A stretch of DNA of 55,952 nt, taken from IMG/VR virus record IMGVR_UViG_3300013099_000023, positions 1 to 55,952 of that record; one strand, given 5' to 3'. Every line of letters begins with the position of its first letter. Positions within the stretch are counted from its first letter, which is position 1. Shown here in pieces: positions 36,566 through 46,320 of this stretch. The DNA is from a virus. Taxonomy: Duplodnaviria > Caudoviricetes. A program made the translations under genes and the position numbers. The notes below the pieces were generated by a model. It saw only the letters and a list, made by a program, of their open reading frames with translations, had not been told where the DNA came from and made no database searches.

Positions 36566-38152
36566 TTATGCGTAATCAAAGTACAATCTATAATTTATAG
36601 AAGAGTTTGCACCTGTTTCTGCTGAACCTAGTTTTATATTTATCCAAACATTATCTGAAACCAAACCCGTACTTCCTATGTCAATACTATCATCCGCAGT
36701 AGCTGCCACAGGTAGATTACCTTTTGTAAAATATAAGTAACTTGGAGGTGTATCAGAAGAAATATCACTTGGAACAAGATTCTGAACCCACTCTATACCG
36801 TTGTCTGGAGCTAAACCTGCCTTATTGCCTTGACCCACTGTACCTAATCTAAACATGGTATCATTATTGTTTCCATTATGGTGTACAAATGAACCGTGTG
36901 ATTGTAAACCAAATCTAACAGTTGACATATCAACTGCTCCTGATATTATTTCAAATGTCACAGATTTTAACAAGGACTCTGTACTTACAGTAACGTTGCC
37001 GTAATTTATACCTGAAATATCATAAGCTGCTGGTTTTGGTGCGGAACATTTTATATAGAATTCATCTCCAGCATGAAATTCATCTGCTCCCCCAGTAGGA
37101 TTAAATTTTAATGTTAAACCTCTAGAGCCTAAACGAGTAAAAACTCCTGAAGAAGTCGTTATAGGTAAACTACTAAAGTCATCTCTGCTTGAAGAAAAAA
37201 CATATTGTGCTAGACCTACAGGACCTGCAGCGTTAGTACCTTGTACATAATCAGGCTTATAACAAGAAATTTGCCAAGCGGGAGAAGAAGTATTAAATAC
37301 AGCATCTGAAAATTTAACTTTTAGTCCCCAATCTCCAACATGGTACCAAAAGTCCGCATAAAGTAACTCTGTGGAACTAGTTGAACTATCTGAACCTGTA
37401 GATGTCCAAGTCATAGTAGGAACATTACTTGTACCTGCGCCTACAGTAGTACCATTAGCAGTATTTATAGAAATTGTATAAATAATATTTGCTGCAGCAT
37501 TAAATGCTCCACCTGTAGACATATTACCTGTATAGCTATTTAAAACATCTTTTATAGGTTCAGCTATACCTCTTACAGCTACTACTGACTCAGAAAATGT
37601 GTCATTACTTATAACTACTTTATATATTTCATCATCTTTTCCTTGGTAAATACCTGATACTGTAACAGTACCGTCAAAACCATAAGCATTCCCATGTGCA
37701 GGTGAAGATAAGCCTCCTTGCTCTAACTTAGTACCAAAACCTAAAATTTCGGCACAACTATCTATACCTGAAGAAACAATTACGCTAGAAGCTGAACCTA
37801 AAGTTCCAGATTCTATTCTAAAATTTGCTCCTGAAGACTTATTATTTTCCCAAACACATATAGAGTTTTCCCATCTCACTGTATTTTTACCTAAATCGTG
37901 CAATCTTTCTGTTATTTCTTTAGCTATGAACCTAGGATCTAATTCTATTCCTGAGGCTAAAGTTATGTAAGGAGCAGCCTCGTTATCTAAGGATATATAT
38001 AATCTATTTGTGGTGCTTCCCAACGTATACACGTCAGACGTAGAAGAGGTGCTTATAGAATAGCCACTAGTGCCTCTACACCCAGTTGTACCATCTGAAG
38101 ACACACCTATTGCTGATGTATCATATTGAACCCATCGCGTCTTTGCTGCCAT
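36566..38152 (-). CDS. Ser/Thr/Gly-rich virion structural protein
   Basis: Beta-rich; F.AGDEFYI motif; sheath/flagellin-insertion-like segment FRIESGTLG.AS.V..EILGF; AGGAG RBS. Confidence 0.6.
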   Translation of the reverse strand: MAAKTRWVQYDTSAIGVSSDGTTGCRGTSGYSISTSSTSDVYTLGSTTNRLYISLDNEAAPYITLASGIELDPRFIAKEITERLHDLGKNTVRWENSICVWENNKSSGANFRIESGTLGSASSVIVSSGIDSCAEILGFGTKLEQGGLSSPAHGNAYGFDGTVTVSGIYQGKDDEIYKVVISNDTFSESVVAVRGIAEPIKDVLNSYTGNMSTGGAFNAAANIIYTISINTANGTTVGAGTSNVPTMTWTSTGSDSSTSSTELLYADFWYHVGDWGLKVKFSDAVFNTSSPAWQISCYKPDYVQGTNAAGPVGLAQYVFSSSRDDFSSLPITTSSGVFTRLGSRGLTLKFNPTGGADEFHAGDEFYIKCSAPKPAAYDISGINYGNVTVSTESLLKSVTFEIISGAVDMSTVRFGLQSHGSFVHHNGNNNDTMFRLGTVGQGNKAGLAPDNGIEWVQNLVPSDISSDTPPSYLYFTKGNLPVAATADDSIDIGSTGLVSDNVWINIKLGSAETGANSSINYRLYFDYA

Positions 38153-38184
38153 ATCTATCTCCTAAATATTTTTACTATGATTAG

Positions 38185-38214
38185 TAACTAACCTAATTAT
38201 TATAAGGTTAGTTA
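38185..38214. repeat. Perfect 10-bp inverted repeat containing a candidate late-promoter motif
   Basis: TAACTAACCT (38185-38194) / AGGTTAGTTA (38205-38214); minus strand 38210-38196 reads TAACCTTATAATAAT. Confidence 0.7.
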
Positions 38215-38253
38215 ATTATTTATTATCGTTTTTTTTACACTTATACATCTAAT

Positions 38254-39648
38254 TCACTTCTCTTCTATAATAAAGCTAAGTACTACGGGTGACATTACAT
38301 TACCAGAATAATCTTTAATATTAGCTATTTTAATGTCATACCTTTTACCATAGAAAAAAGCTGTAGATTGAGGGAAAATACTAGCAGCAAGATTCTCATT
38401 AAGTACACATGAAATGGAGGCACTTAAATTATAACTAGGATAATCTACAGTAGTAAAAACAAAAGAGTTACATTCTGTATTAGGACAACTTACTGCATTA
38501 GTAGCACAACTGTGTACTATTATATCTTTAGTGTACTCAAATTTAGTAGGAACGTTTAACTCTAAAGAATAACCAAAAAGAAGAGGAAAATTTTTATAAA
38601 AAATATCTCCTGCCATATTAGTAGCTACTACTTTTATGTAAGTTCTTCCTTCAAAATTAAAAGAAGTATCTATAGTACAACTAACAGTTACTTTTCTATT
38701 ATTACCATTAAAAGTGGTACTTAATCTTACACCTTCAAGCTCAAAATAAATTTCAGAAATATTCAAGTCAAAAATAAAATCCTCAATATCTACTTGAATT
38801 ACGTCACCAAAATATCTAAAATCATCATATCTAGGAAAAAAATTAAAGATGTATAAACTATTAAGCCTTATGTCAGTACTTAAACTTTCCACTTTTAAAT
38901 CCGAAGATAGTACCTCCAAATCTATACTACTTATTTTCCCCTGCCTATTTAAAACGTCTAACCTTGTATTACATATTTTTAATTCTGATGAAAAAACGTC
39001 ATACTTGGATTGTTGTATTCCTAAGGTACAATTAGTTATATCTGTATGAATAGCAAAAATACTACCTGTACCTAAATATACATCATATATACTTGAAGTT
39101 AGTAAAAGTTCGTTCGCTGAAAATACATCTACAAGATAACTGTAGACTTTATACTTTGAAAAATAAGCTTCAGAGTATAAATCTCTACTGTATTTGACTG
39201 TACCTATATAAATTTTAAAGTCTGTAAGAAAATCATGTTTATAATTTAACATATAGCCAGTATTATAAAAACTAACTGCTAGATTACTTGGCCATGAATT
39301 AGTTAACCCTACAAAAAAGTAACTATTTACATCGGATGCTAAATTTACTTTTACATCCTTAAAAGTAATATTAGTTACAAAGTATTTATATGTAGGTATG
39401 TCCAATGTTGTTAAATAGTAAGCGTTACTGACTGTATTATGATTATTTAGGACTGCCTCATTAGTACTAAAAAGCGTATACTGCACATGAAAAAAAGTTA
39501 CTGGATCTGTTAAAATATAAGTACTACTTAAAAATATATTTTCAACCTTAGGCTGGCCTAAGGTTGTAACTGTAGGAAAATATTGTTCTATGTTTTTAGA
39601 TTCTTTAACATCAAAGGTGACATCTATGTTGCTAACGCCTAAGGTCAT
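38254..39648 (-). CDS. Putative virion protein with short beta repeats and Ig-like C-terminus
   Basis: Recurring xDVF/DVY/DI units; NLSASIS..NLAASI; C-terminal I.IANIKDYSGNVM..SF.I (Ig-like). Confidence 0.55.
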   Translation of the reverse strand: MTLGVSNIDVTFDVKESKNIEQYFPTVTTLGQPKVENIFLSSTYILTDPVTFFHVQYTLFSTNEAVLNNHNTVSNAYYLTTLDIPTYKYFVTNITFKDVKVNLASDVNSYFFVGLTNSWPSNLAVSFYNTGYMLNYKHDFLTDFKIYIGTVKYSRDLYSEAYFSKYKVYSYLVDVFSANELLLTSSIYDVYLGTGSIFAIHTDITNCTLGIQQSKYDVFSSELKICNTRLDVLNRQGKISSIDLEVLSSDLKVESLSTDIRLNSLYIFNFFPRYDDFRYFGDVIQVDIEDFIFDLNISEIYFELEGVRLSTTFNGNNRKVTVSCTIDTSFNFEGRTYIKVVATNMAGDIFYKNFPLLFGYSLELNVPTKFEYTKDIIVHSCATNAVSCPNTECNSFVFTTVDYPSYNLSASISCVLNENLAASIFPQSTAFFYGKRYDIKIANIKDYSGNVMSPVVLSFIIEEK

Positions 39649-39651
39649 GGT

Positions 39652-40617
39652 TTAGGTGTACTGGTAATGAAAAGTGGTTACAAAATCATAATTACCACTT
39701 ACATAGGAAGCATCTATAGAATCCAAACGAGGTGTAAAATAAAAAAACTCCCCTTGTTGTGTACCAGTAGTCCCACCATTAGCTATATACCTTAAATCAA
39801 AATCCCCATAATAAGAGATATCACCTGACAAAATAACATCTATTCCTGGAGGAAAGGGCATTGTATCTGCATCTTGATCAGGTATAGGCTCTGCTTTTGT
39901 ACCACTTCCCAATTTATATGAACAACAAGTTACTTTATACTTACCATCTTTTAATATTTTATTATCAGTTGTTGTATGTGTATCATCATCCCAGGCTGTT
40001 AATCTACAATTATAAGCCTCTCCTTGACTTACTTCAAAAATAATAGAATTCTTAGGATTAGCCCAACAAGTATCTACATTAGTATTTTCTTGCCATACAT
40101 ACATAGTTCCTGGTAAGGTATTACTACCACTATATGTAGGAGGAGGATTATCATAAAACAAATGACTGCCAGAAACTGTTGCGGTTCCATTAGTACTTAA
40201 AAAAGTAAAATCATACTTAAAATAATTTATGCCATTCTTACTAACTGTACCATTAGCAACTATACTATTGACTACTGCTACATTAGAGTTGTCATAATAC
40301 ACGGTACCACTAGTGGTCACTAAGTACTTAGATAAAAAAGCCGCTGAACTATCTGTACCAAAAGTAAAAGTATTTTGATACAAATGCATTTGATTAAATA
40401 GACATTCTTTTTTATCTGGAGGATCTTGGTTTTCCTTTTTCCTGTACTGCAAATCCACTGCTTCATACCAAGTGCCTACATAGGGTGATCCTGGAAGAAT
40501 GTGAGACCTTGTACCTGCTGCGGCGGGACTTTCTATATTAGCAGAAGTAAACACCAGTTTAGATACATCTACAAACTGATCCCCATTCCAAAATTTCCTA
40601 GTTAATGTTACTGACAT
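39652..40617 (-). CDS. Putative virion protein (AWDDD family, paralogous to 41068-41751)
   Basis: RLTAWDDD; C-terminal FHYQYT. Confidence 0.55.
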   Translation of the reverse strand: MSVTLTRKFWNGDQFVDVSKLVFTSANIESPAAAGTRSHILPGSPYVGTWYEAVDLQYRKKENQDPPDKKECLFNQMHLYQNTFTFGTDSSAAFLSKYLVTTSGTVYYDNSNVAVVNSIVANGTVSKNGINYFKYDFTFLSTNGTATVSGSHLFYDNPPPTYSGSNTLPGTMYVWQENTNVDTCWANPKNSIIFEVSQGEAYNCRLTAWDDDTHTTTDNKILKDGKYKVTCCSYKLGSGTKAEPIPDQDADTMPFPPGIDVILSGDISYYGDFDLRYIANGGTTGTQQGEFFYFTPRLDSIDASYVSGNYDFVTTFHYQYT

Positions 40618-40620
40618 AAG

Positions 40621-41052
40621 CTATCCTATAATTGATTTTTTCCAATGTTTTGATTTTAAATTTTCAGAGTCAAAAACTAAAACATCTCCTATTTTTAAAC
40701 CTTTACTATTGTCTTCTTTCAGAGATATTCTATAGTCTATAACCGTATTTTCTATAGTCTTACATTTAATGTATACAAAATGGTATATCTTTTTAGCATC
40801 TAAAACTGCCTGAGAAACTTCTACTAAATGTAAATATTCTTTAAATATGTTAGGTATTTCTATATTAATTCCGGTGGATAGGTGATAAGAAATCTTATAA
40901 ATATCATTACCTACATTATCCCAACCTGTATTGGCTAAACCTGTACCATTAATAATCTCTCCATCAGTGTATTCTACTATAAAATAAGTATCTTTAGGCA
41001 CTACACATTTTATAGTATTTTTGCCACCTGTTACTTCTGTATAACCTTTCAT
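40621..41052 (-). CDS. Hypothetical protein
   Basis: 143 aa co-oriented ORF with AAGG RBS. Confidence 0.6.
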   Translation of the reverse strand: MKGYTEVTGGKNTIKCVVPKDTYFIVEYTDGEIINGTGLANTGWDNVGNDIYKISYHLSTGINIEIPNIFKEYLHLVEVSQAVLDAKKIYHFVYIKCKTIENTVIDYRISLKEDNSKGLKIGDVLVFDSENLKSKHWKKSIIG

Positions 41053-41067
41053 TATTTAAACCTTTTT

Positions 41068-41751
41068 TTAAATGTATAAGTATCTAAAAGCTTCTATTGG
41101 TTGATTGTGAAAAAGTGGGGAATCAAAAGGTAAATTCACATATATATTGTAGTATAGAGTTTCGTTTAAAATATTATCAGTACCTTTAAGTCTTACTCTA
41201 CTATTGCTACCACGTAAACAAACGCCTTTACCATTTGGAGGAACATCTGCTGAGCCACTTAAAGTCACTCCTTCCCAATTAGGCGGTGGTGCTGCATTGA
41301 ATGTAGATATAGCTGTAATCATACTATCAGGATAAGTAAGTGTTCCTGACAGTACAGGAGAAGTGTAGGAGATGTAATTATCATCATCCCAAGCTTCTAA
41401 ATACAAATCAGAAGTAATTTCTCCATCAACATGTACGGCAAACACATATCTTCCTGTAGTTTTTCCGGCTAAAGGTACATGCACCATATTACCTGAAAAA
41501 ATAGGCTCTATAAAAGTTTGTGGTATAGGTATTCTTCCAATAGAGGGTCTTAGAGTGGCATCTCTACTTCCCCATGGGGCTTCTGGCGTAGAAATGCCAT
41601 TATTTATACCACCACCAGTAAAAATTTTTCTATGTGACATTACACCAGAAATTGTAATTTTAGACCACTGTGTAGTAGGTTCGCCTATTCCTGTATAAGG
41701 TGTGTCAGTTAAAGTTCTATTATAAAAAAATGAAAGCTTAGGTTCAGACAT
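41068..41751 (-). CDS. Putative virion protein (AWDDD family)
   Basis: YLEAWDDD; C-terminal FRYLYI. Confidence 0.55.
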   Translation of the reverse strand: MSEPKLSFFYNRTLTDTPYTGIGEPTTQWSKITISGVMSHRKIFTGGGINNGISTPEAPWGSRDATLRPSIGRIPIPQTFIEPIFSGNMVHVPLAGKTTGRYVFAVHVDGEITSDLYLEAWDDDNYISYTSPVLSGTLTYPDSMITAISTFNAAPPPNWEGVTLSGSADVPPNGKGVCLRGSNSRVRLKGTDNILNETLYYNIYVNLPFDSPLFHNQPIEAFRYLYI

Positions 41752-41795
41752 GCAATTTACCTATTATATTGTTTAAAATTAATTGTTATGTTTTC

Positions 41796-41810
41796 ACTAT
41801 ACTAAGGTTA
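41796..41810 (-). promoter_or_regulatory. Candidate late-promoter motif
   Basis: TAACCTTAGTATAGT in a 60-bp gap, about 45 bp upstream of the ATG at 41751. Confidence 0.5.
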
Positions 41811-41811
41811 C

Positions 41812-44529
41812 TTAATTTTTATGTGCTACTATAGGAAAAAAATCCATTTTATCTTCAAAATTTTTAGAATCTACCAGTACCTTAATGGATTCAAAATCTA
41901 TGTATGTATAGTCTATAGCATATATTTGAAATGTTAGCTCGTCTACTAAAACTCCTACACCCCTAGAACACCTAGAAGGTCTAGCGTTCTCCATATCAAT
42001 ATAAGGGCCTGTACTTTTTTCAAAAGTTAATGTCCAGAAGTCAAAAACAGTGTTTTTAAACTTTGAAGAATCACTTGCTACAACGTTTACAGTTATAGTA
42101 GTGCCATAACTAAATTTTACAGTATTATCAATAGTTATTTTATAATTAAACTCTGCCAACTCTATGTAAGTATAACTAGCAGAAGTATCATTAACAAAAA
42201 CTTCTACATCCTTTATATCTAAACCTATGCCTTTATCTATTATACTAAAATATATTAGTGTTCCAAGGGGGACTTCCTTTGATTCTTTTGGAGGATGTAC
42301 ATTATAAACTACAGGACCTTTATAGTCATCTATTATTTTAAACCAGTAGTTGAATTTTATATAATTAGGTGTAGGAGCAAAATCCAAAATGCTTATGTTT
42401 ACATATATAGTACTTTCATTAGTATAAAAATTTCCAGGTTGATATAAGAAATCCACACCATACATACCACTACCTGCATCATAAAGAGTTTTAGTACCTA
42501 AAGAACTCACATCAATAAAACCTGTATCAATATTCTTAGTCAAATTAACTTCTTTAACCTCGAAAATCAGAGAATCTGGGTCTAAAGAATACGCAAAAGG
42601 CCTCATTCTAACCCATATGTAAGTATTTACTGGTATTTTTTCTGACCAGAAAGGGGGTATAGCATCTGCTATAAACACGTACTGGTCTATAGCTACATTA
42701 TCTTTGTTTAAATCTAGTAAATGTCTACTAGATTTCATTTGACTTAATGCAATATCATCTTTTACACTGGCTATTTGCGAAATAGACATTTCACGTGTTA
42801 TGTCTAACTGCATAATATTAATAGTTACTAAAGGTTGTAATTTACCCATAGTAGTAAATCTTGTAGGCGTCTTTATTTGACTAACTATCGCACATTCCAT
42901 TTCGTGTATGGGTGGTTTAAACTTATCTGGTACGTCCACGCTGCCAAGCCCAAACATATACCTACCTAAACATGTTATTGTTAGATCGGATGCTTTTTCT
43001 AAAAGCTGTGTTATAAAATGTGTACTTTTAAAAGTAGGTACACTTTGTAGTATACTTGTGGCTGTAAAAGAGTTGTGACTTAGCTTAACGAGACTCTTTG
43101 TACAATTTATGTAACTACTTCCATGGGTTACATTTCCTTTATCTGAGCGGGCATTAAACTTTATAGTACCTGTATAAGAAGATCCTGTAGTAAAAGTAAG
43201 GTAGCAATTACCATCTACATCGGTAGTTAAATTACCAGAACTAGGGTCTAAAATACCTTCAAAATCATTTGTAAAAGTAAATAAAACATTTGCTCCCAAA
43301 ACGCCTATATTAAACTGGTCTCTAACAGTTATTTTGACTTCTATTTGCGAAAACATAGTCAAAACATCTTTTTGTGTTATTAAATTTATAGAATATCCGT
43401 AAGGTATTATACTATCTTTTACATAATTATATGTTGTCCAAAAAACTACCTGCTCTTGTCCTTGATCATCTACTTTAATGACCTTCTTTTGTAAAAAGTA
43501 CAAATCTGTGCCATAACTGTCTACAGCATACACGGGTAACTCCTCTAATGTTAAAGCTATAACTTTTACTATACGTGTTTTTAAATTATCGTAGTTACTG
43601 TTGACATCTACTGTAGTATATGTACTAGATTTTAAAAATGATAATCCTCCCGTATAATTATTCCAATTAGAGGCTACTATATCTTTATATCTAGCATTTT
43701 CATCTTTATCTATGACATTACCATAGTCACTTTGTGACAGTCTATAAACTGTACCTTGGCCCTCAAAATAACTCAAAAAATTATTATATATTATTGGCTT
43801 AGGATTACTAAATAGAAAAATGTCTCTTAACACAGTTATGTAGTCTCCTACTACATATTCGTACCTAGTAGGCGTTGTACCATCAAAACTTCTTATATGT
43901 ACTGTATTACCATCCACTGAATGTACATACACAAGTTCTACTTGACCTGTATTATCTACATCGGTGCTTGGGCCTAATAGTAAGATATCTTTTGCATGAA
44001 TGTCATTAGTATTTGTAATAGAAATAATTTCAGTTTGTGTAGTTGTACTTTCCAAAAAAGTAGTTTCTGTGTATTGCACAGAAAAAGTTTTAGGGTCTAT
44101 ATAACCATCTATAGTACTATTTATATGAAAAGTATTGATTAGGGTTAATGTAAATAAAACACTGTCTAATGACCATTTTCTGATAATACACCCATCTGAG
44201 TATTCAATATCATCTTCTCTATCTTGTATGGAGTACTTTCCTACAACAATTCCTTCTAAGGTGTAAAAAACTGCTCCGGTATAAAAGTAAGCCAAGTCCC
44301 TAGGACCTACGTATTTTAAGCAGGTTATTTCTTTATGAGGATATATAGACTTATCTGTATAAAAAATGTCATGAGGTAAAAAAGAATAGTTACGTATTAA
44401 ATCGCCAGAATTATTTTTTACTTGTAACACGACGTTATTTATATCTGAAGTGTTTACCATACAAAAAGAACCTGTCTGAGGACCAACACAGAAAGTTTTT
44501 TCTGAAAATTTTATATTCTCGTATGCCAT
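41812..44529 (-). CDS. Ig-like domain virion protein, paralog 3 (C-terminally extended)
   Basis: YENI.F, IIRKW, Big-1/invasin-like VRDQF.IGV.GA.V.F..TTDVDG; further Ig-like repeats P.V..V.P..I.F.I.D.G.D. Confidence 0.65.
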   Translation of the reverse strand: MAYENIKFSEKTFCVGPQTGSFCMVNTSDINNVVLQVKNNSGDLIRNYSFLPHDIFYTDKSIYPHKEITCLKYVGPRDLAYFYTGAVFYTLEGIVVGKYSIQDREDDIEYSDGCIIRKWSLDSVLFTLTLINTFHINSTIDGYIDPKTFSVQYTETTFLESTTTQTEIISITNTNDIHAKDILLLGPSTDVDNTGQVELVYVHSVDGNTVHIRSFDGTTPTRYEYVVGDYITVLRDIFLFSNPKPIIYNNFLSYFEGQGTVYRLSQSDYGNVIDKDENARYKDIVASNWNNYTGGLSFLKSSTYTTVDVNSNYDNLKTRIVKVIALTLEELPVYAVDSYGTDLYFLQKKVIKVDDQGQEQVVFWTTYNYVKDSIIPYGYSINLITQKDVLTMFSQIEVKITVRDQFNIGVLGANVLFTFTNDFEGILDPSSGNLTTDVDGNCYLTFTTGSSYTGTIKFNARSDKGNVTHGSSYINCTKSLVKLSHNSFTATSILQSVPTFKSTHFITQLLEKASDLTITCLGRYMFGLGSVDVPDKFKPPIHEMECAIVSQIKTPTRFTTMGKLQPLVTINIMQLDITREMSISQIASVKDDIALSQMKSSRHLLDLNKDNVAIDQYVFIADAIPPFWSEKIPVNTYIWVRMRPFAYSLDPDSLIFEVKEVNLTKNIDTGFIDVSSLGTKTLYDAGSGMYGVDFLYQPGNFYTNESTIYVNISILDFAPTPNYIKFNYWFKIIDDYKGPVVYNVHPPKESKEVPLGTLIYFSIIDKGIGLDIKDVEVFVNDTSASYTYIELAEFNYKITIDNTVKFSYGTTITVNVVASDSSKFKNTVFDFWTLTFEKSTGPYIDMENARPSRCSRGVGVLVDELTFQIYAIDYTYIDFESIKVLVDSKNFEDKMDFFPIVAHKN

Positions 44530-44530
44530 A

Positions 44531-46315
44531 TTAGTTTTCTTGTACCCCTTCTACAGATAATTTCACTTCTCTTGGAGTTATTCCTGCTTTATAATAACTA
44601 ATTGCCTTTCCTACTAAATCTGTGTATGTTACAGGTATAGTTATATAACCAACATTATCATCATCTGTTACATGTACTTTTAAAAATTGTTGTGGAGAAG
44701 CGTATTGATCTTTTACAACTACCTTTATGTCTACTACACTTATTCCATCTGAATTAATTAATTTTGGATAAGCTGAAATTAAAGTAGAATCAATATAAGA
44801 ATTTACAGGGGTTACTTGTGTGTTATAAGTGCTCCAAGAGTAATCCACTCCATAATAGTTAGCACTTTTTTGTAGTCTATAAATAGCTTCATCGTGTACT
44901 TCTATATCTACTATAGGTATGACAGTTGCCTGATCAGTTTTTACATTCTCCATATTCATAACATCATCTAATAACAGAGTATCCGTAATCTCAAGTGAAA
45001 TAAGATTAGTACCATACACATATCCTATTAAATACTTAGATTTATAAGTATAAAAACAACCTGAAAGTATATTACTATAGTTGTCACTGTCAAAGGTGTC
45101 TACTACAAGTCCATTTGTAATATTTATTTTGTATATGGAGCCTCCAGGAGAGGATCTCTGGTAATTATTAAACAAATATATATTTTTAGCGAAATTAACT
45201 TTCTCTCCCTCTGAGTGCTCAAAATACGTAAAAAAATTAATACCCAATATTCCTGGAGATATAGTACCTGTAACAGTCACTTCTTCATAAGTAGTACCAT
45301 AAGGGTCGCCTAAGTAAAGAGTGGTTCCAGGTGGTATTTCGGGGTCTGTACTAGCTAAAATTAATTGATTAGAGGCTTTAGGAGTATACTCTTTAAATGT
45401 ATTAGTATATTTATCTATAACTAGTGTAGAAGTGGCAACTCTATATTGATTTGTAAAACTATATAAGTCTAGACTGTAAATTTTAAAATAATTTACAGGC
45501 TTATATATAGAATATCTATAGATAGAAACACGTACACTATTAAAGTGATCATCAAAGGTACTACCTATAAAAAGAACTTTAGTATTTATACTTAAATAAA
45601 TTTTAGTGTTGTACCTTTTCAACTCTAAAAAGTCATACTCATCATACTTAGAATTATTAGTACCATTATCATACGTATAAGCATTTTTCTCTTTTAGCCA
45701 ACATTTATCATGACTTATTAAAAGTTCGTACTTTAAATTCCCAACATCATCTACAAATTGTACACTTATTCTATTGTAATAATTAATACCTGTACCTAAA
45801 TGGTATTTAAACTTAAAATAAAAATCAAATACATTATTAACATGCCTAGTTATTCTAGGTCCCTGCCAATACTGAGTAGTTGTATGTCCGTAGTCAGCTA
45901 CTACTAGATTATTATCAATAATACCATAATGAGCATCACTTGAAACAACACTACTTTCTACCCAACCATCTGCTGTTACGTCATCACTGAAATATTTATT
46001 AAACTCTAAAGTTTTTTCTGCTAATACTCCTATACTACTATAATCATATTCGTAAATATACTTAAGAGTATAATTATCTATTCTCCATTTACGTATTATG
46101 TCCCTACTATACTCTAAATGAAGTGAATAAAAGTACACACCATCAAACTCTAATTTCAAAGGATCAGTGGCAACATACTTAGAAATTGGGTACGTGAACA
46201 CTACTTTGCCGCCTACAGATTTTGCAAATAAAGATCCATATTCTATACTAATATAATAGTATAAACCATCTACGTAACAATAATTACTATGTTCTAGCTC
46301 AATATTTTCATACAC
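44531..46315 (-). CDS. Ig-like domain virion protein, paralog 2 (internal insertion)
   Basis: GTG start; YENI.L, LEFDG.YFY, IIRKW, LFNNY, YRLQK.ANY, VKDQY..P..TD..G.A..YKAG. Confidence 0.65.
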   Translation of the reverse strand: MYENIELEHSNYCYVDGLYYYISIEYGSLFAKSVGGKVVFTYPISKYVATDPLKLEFDGVYFYSLHLEYSRDIIRKWRIDNYTLKYIYEYDYSSIGVLAEKTLEFNKYFSDDVTADGWVESSVVSSDAHYGIIDNNLVVADYGHTTTQYWQGPRITRHVNNVFDFYFKFKYHLGTGINYYNRISVQFVDDVGNLKYELLISHDKCWLKEKNAYTYDNGTNNSKYDEYDFLELKRYNTKIYLSINTKVLFIGSTFDDHFNSVRVSIYRYSIYKPVNYFKIYSLDLYSFTNQYRVATSTLVIDKYTNTFKEYTPKASNQLILASTDPEIPPGTTLYLGDPYGTTYEEVTVTGTISPGILGINFFTYFEHSEGEKVNFAKNIYLFNNYQRSSPGGSIYKINITNGLVVDTFDSDNYSNILSGCFYTYKSKYLIGYVYGTNLISLEITDTLLLDDVMNMENVKTDQATVIPIVDIEVHDEAIYRLQKSANYYGVDYSWSTYNTQVTPVNSYIDSTLISAYPKLINSDGISVVDIKVVVKDQYASPQQFLKVHVTDDDNVGYITIPVTYTDLVGKAISYYKAGITPREVKLSVEGVQEN

Positions 46316-46320
46316 ATTAA

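Noticed and set aside
38185-38235. Hairpin as an intrinsic terminator
   Set aside because: AT-rich stem, 10-nt loop, no U-tract on the coding strand; the plus-strand T run is about 14 nt away.
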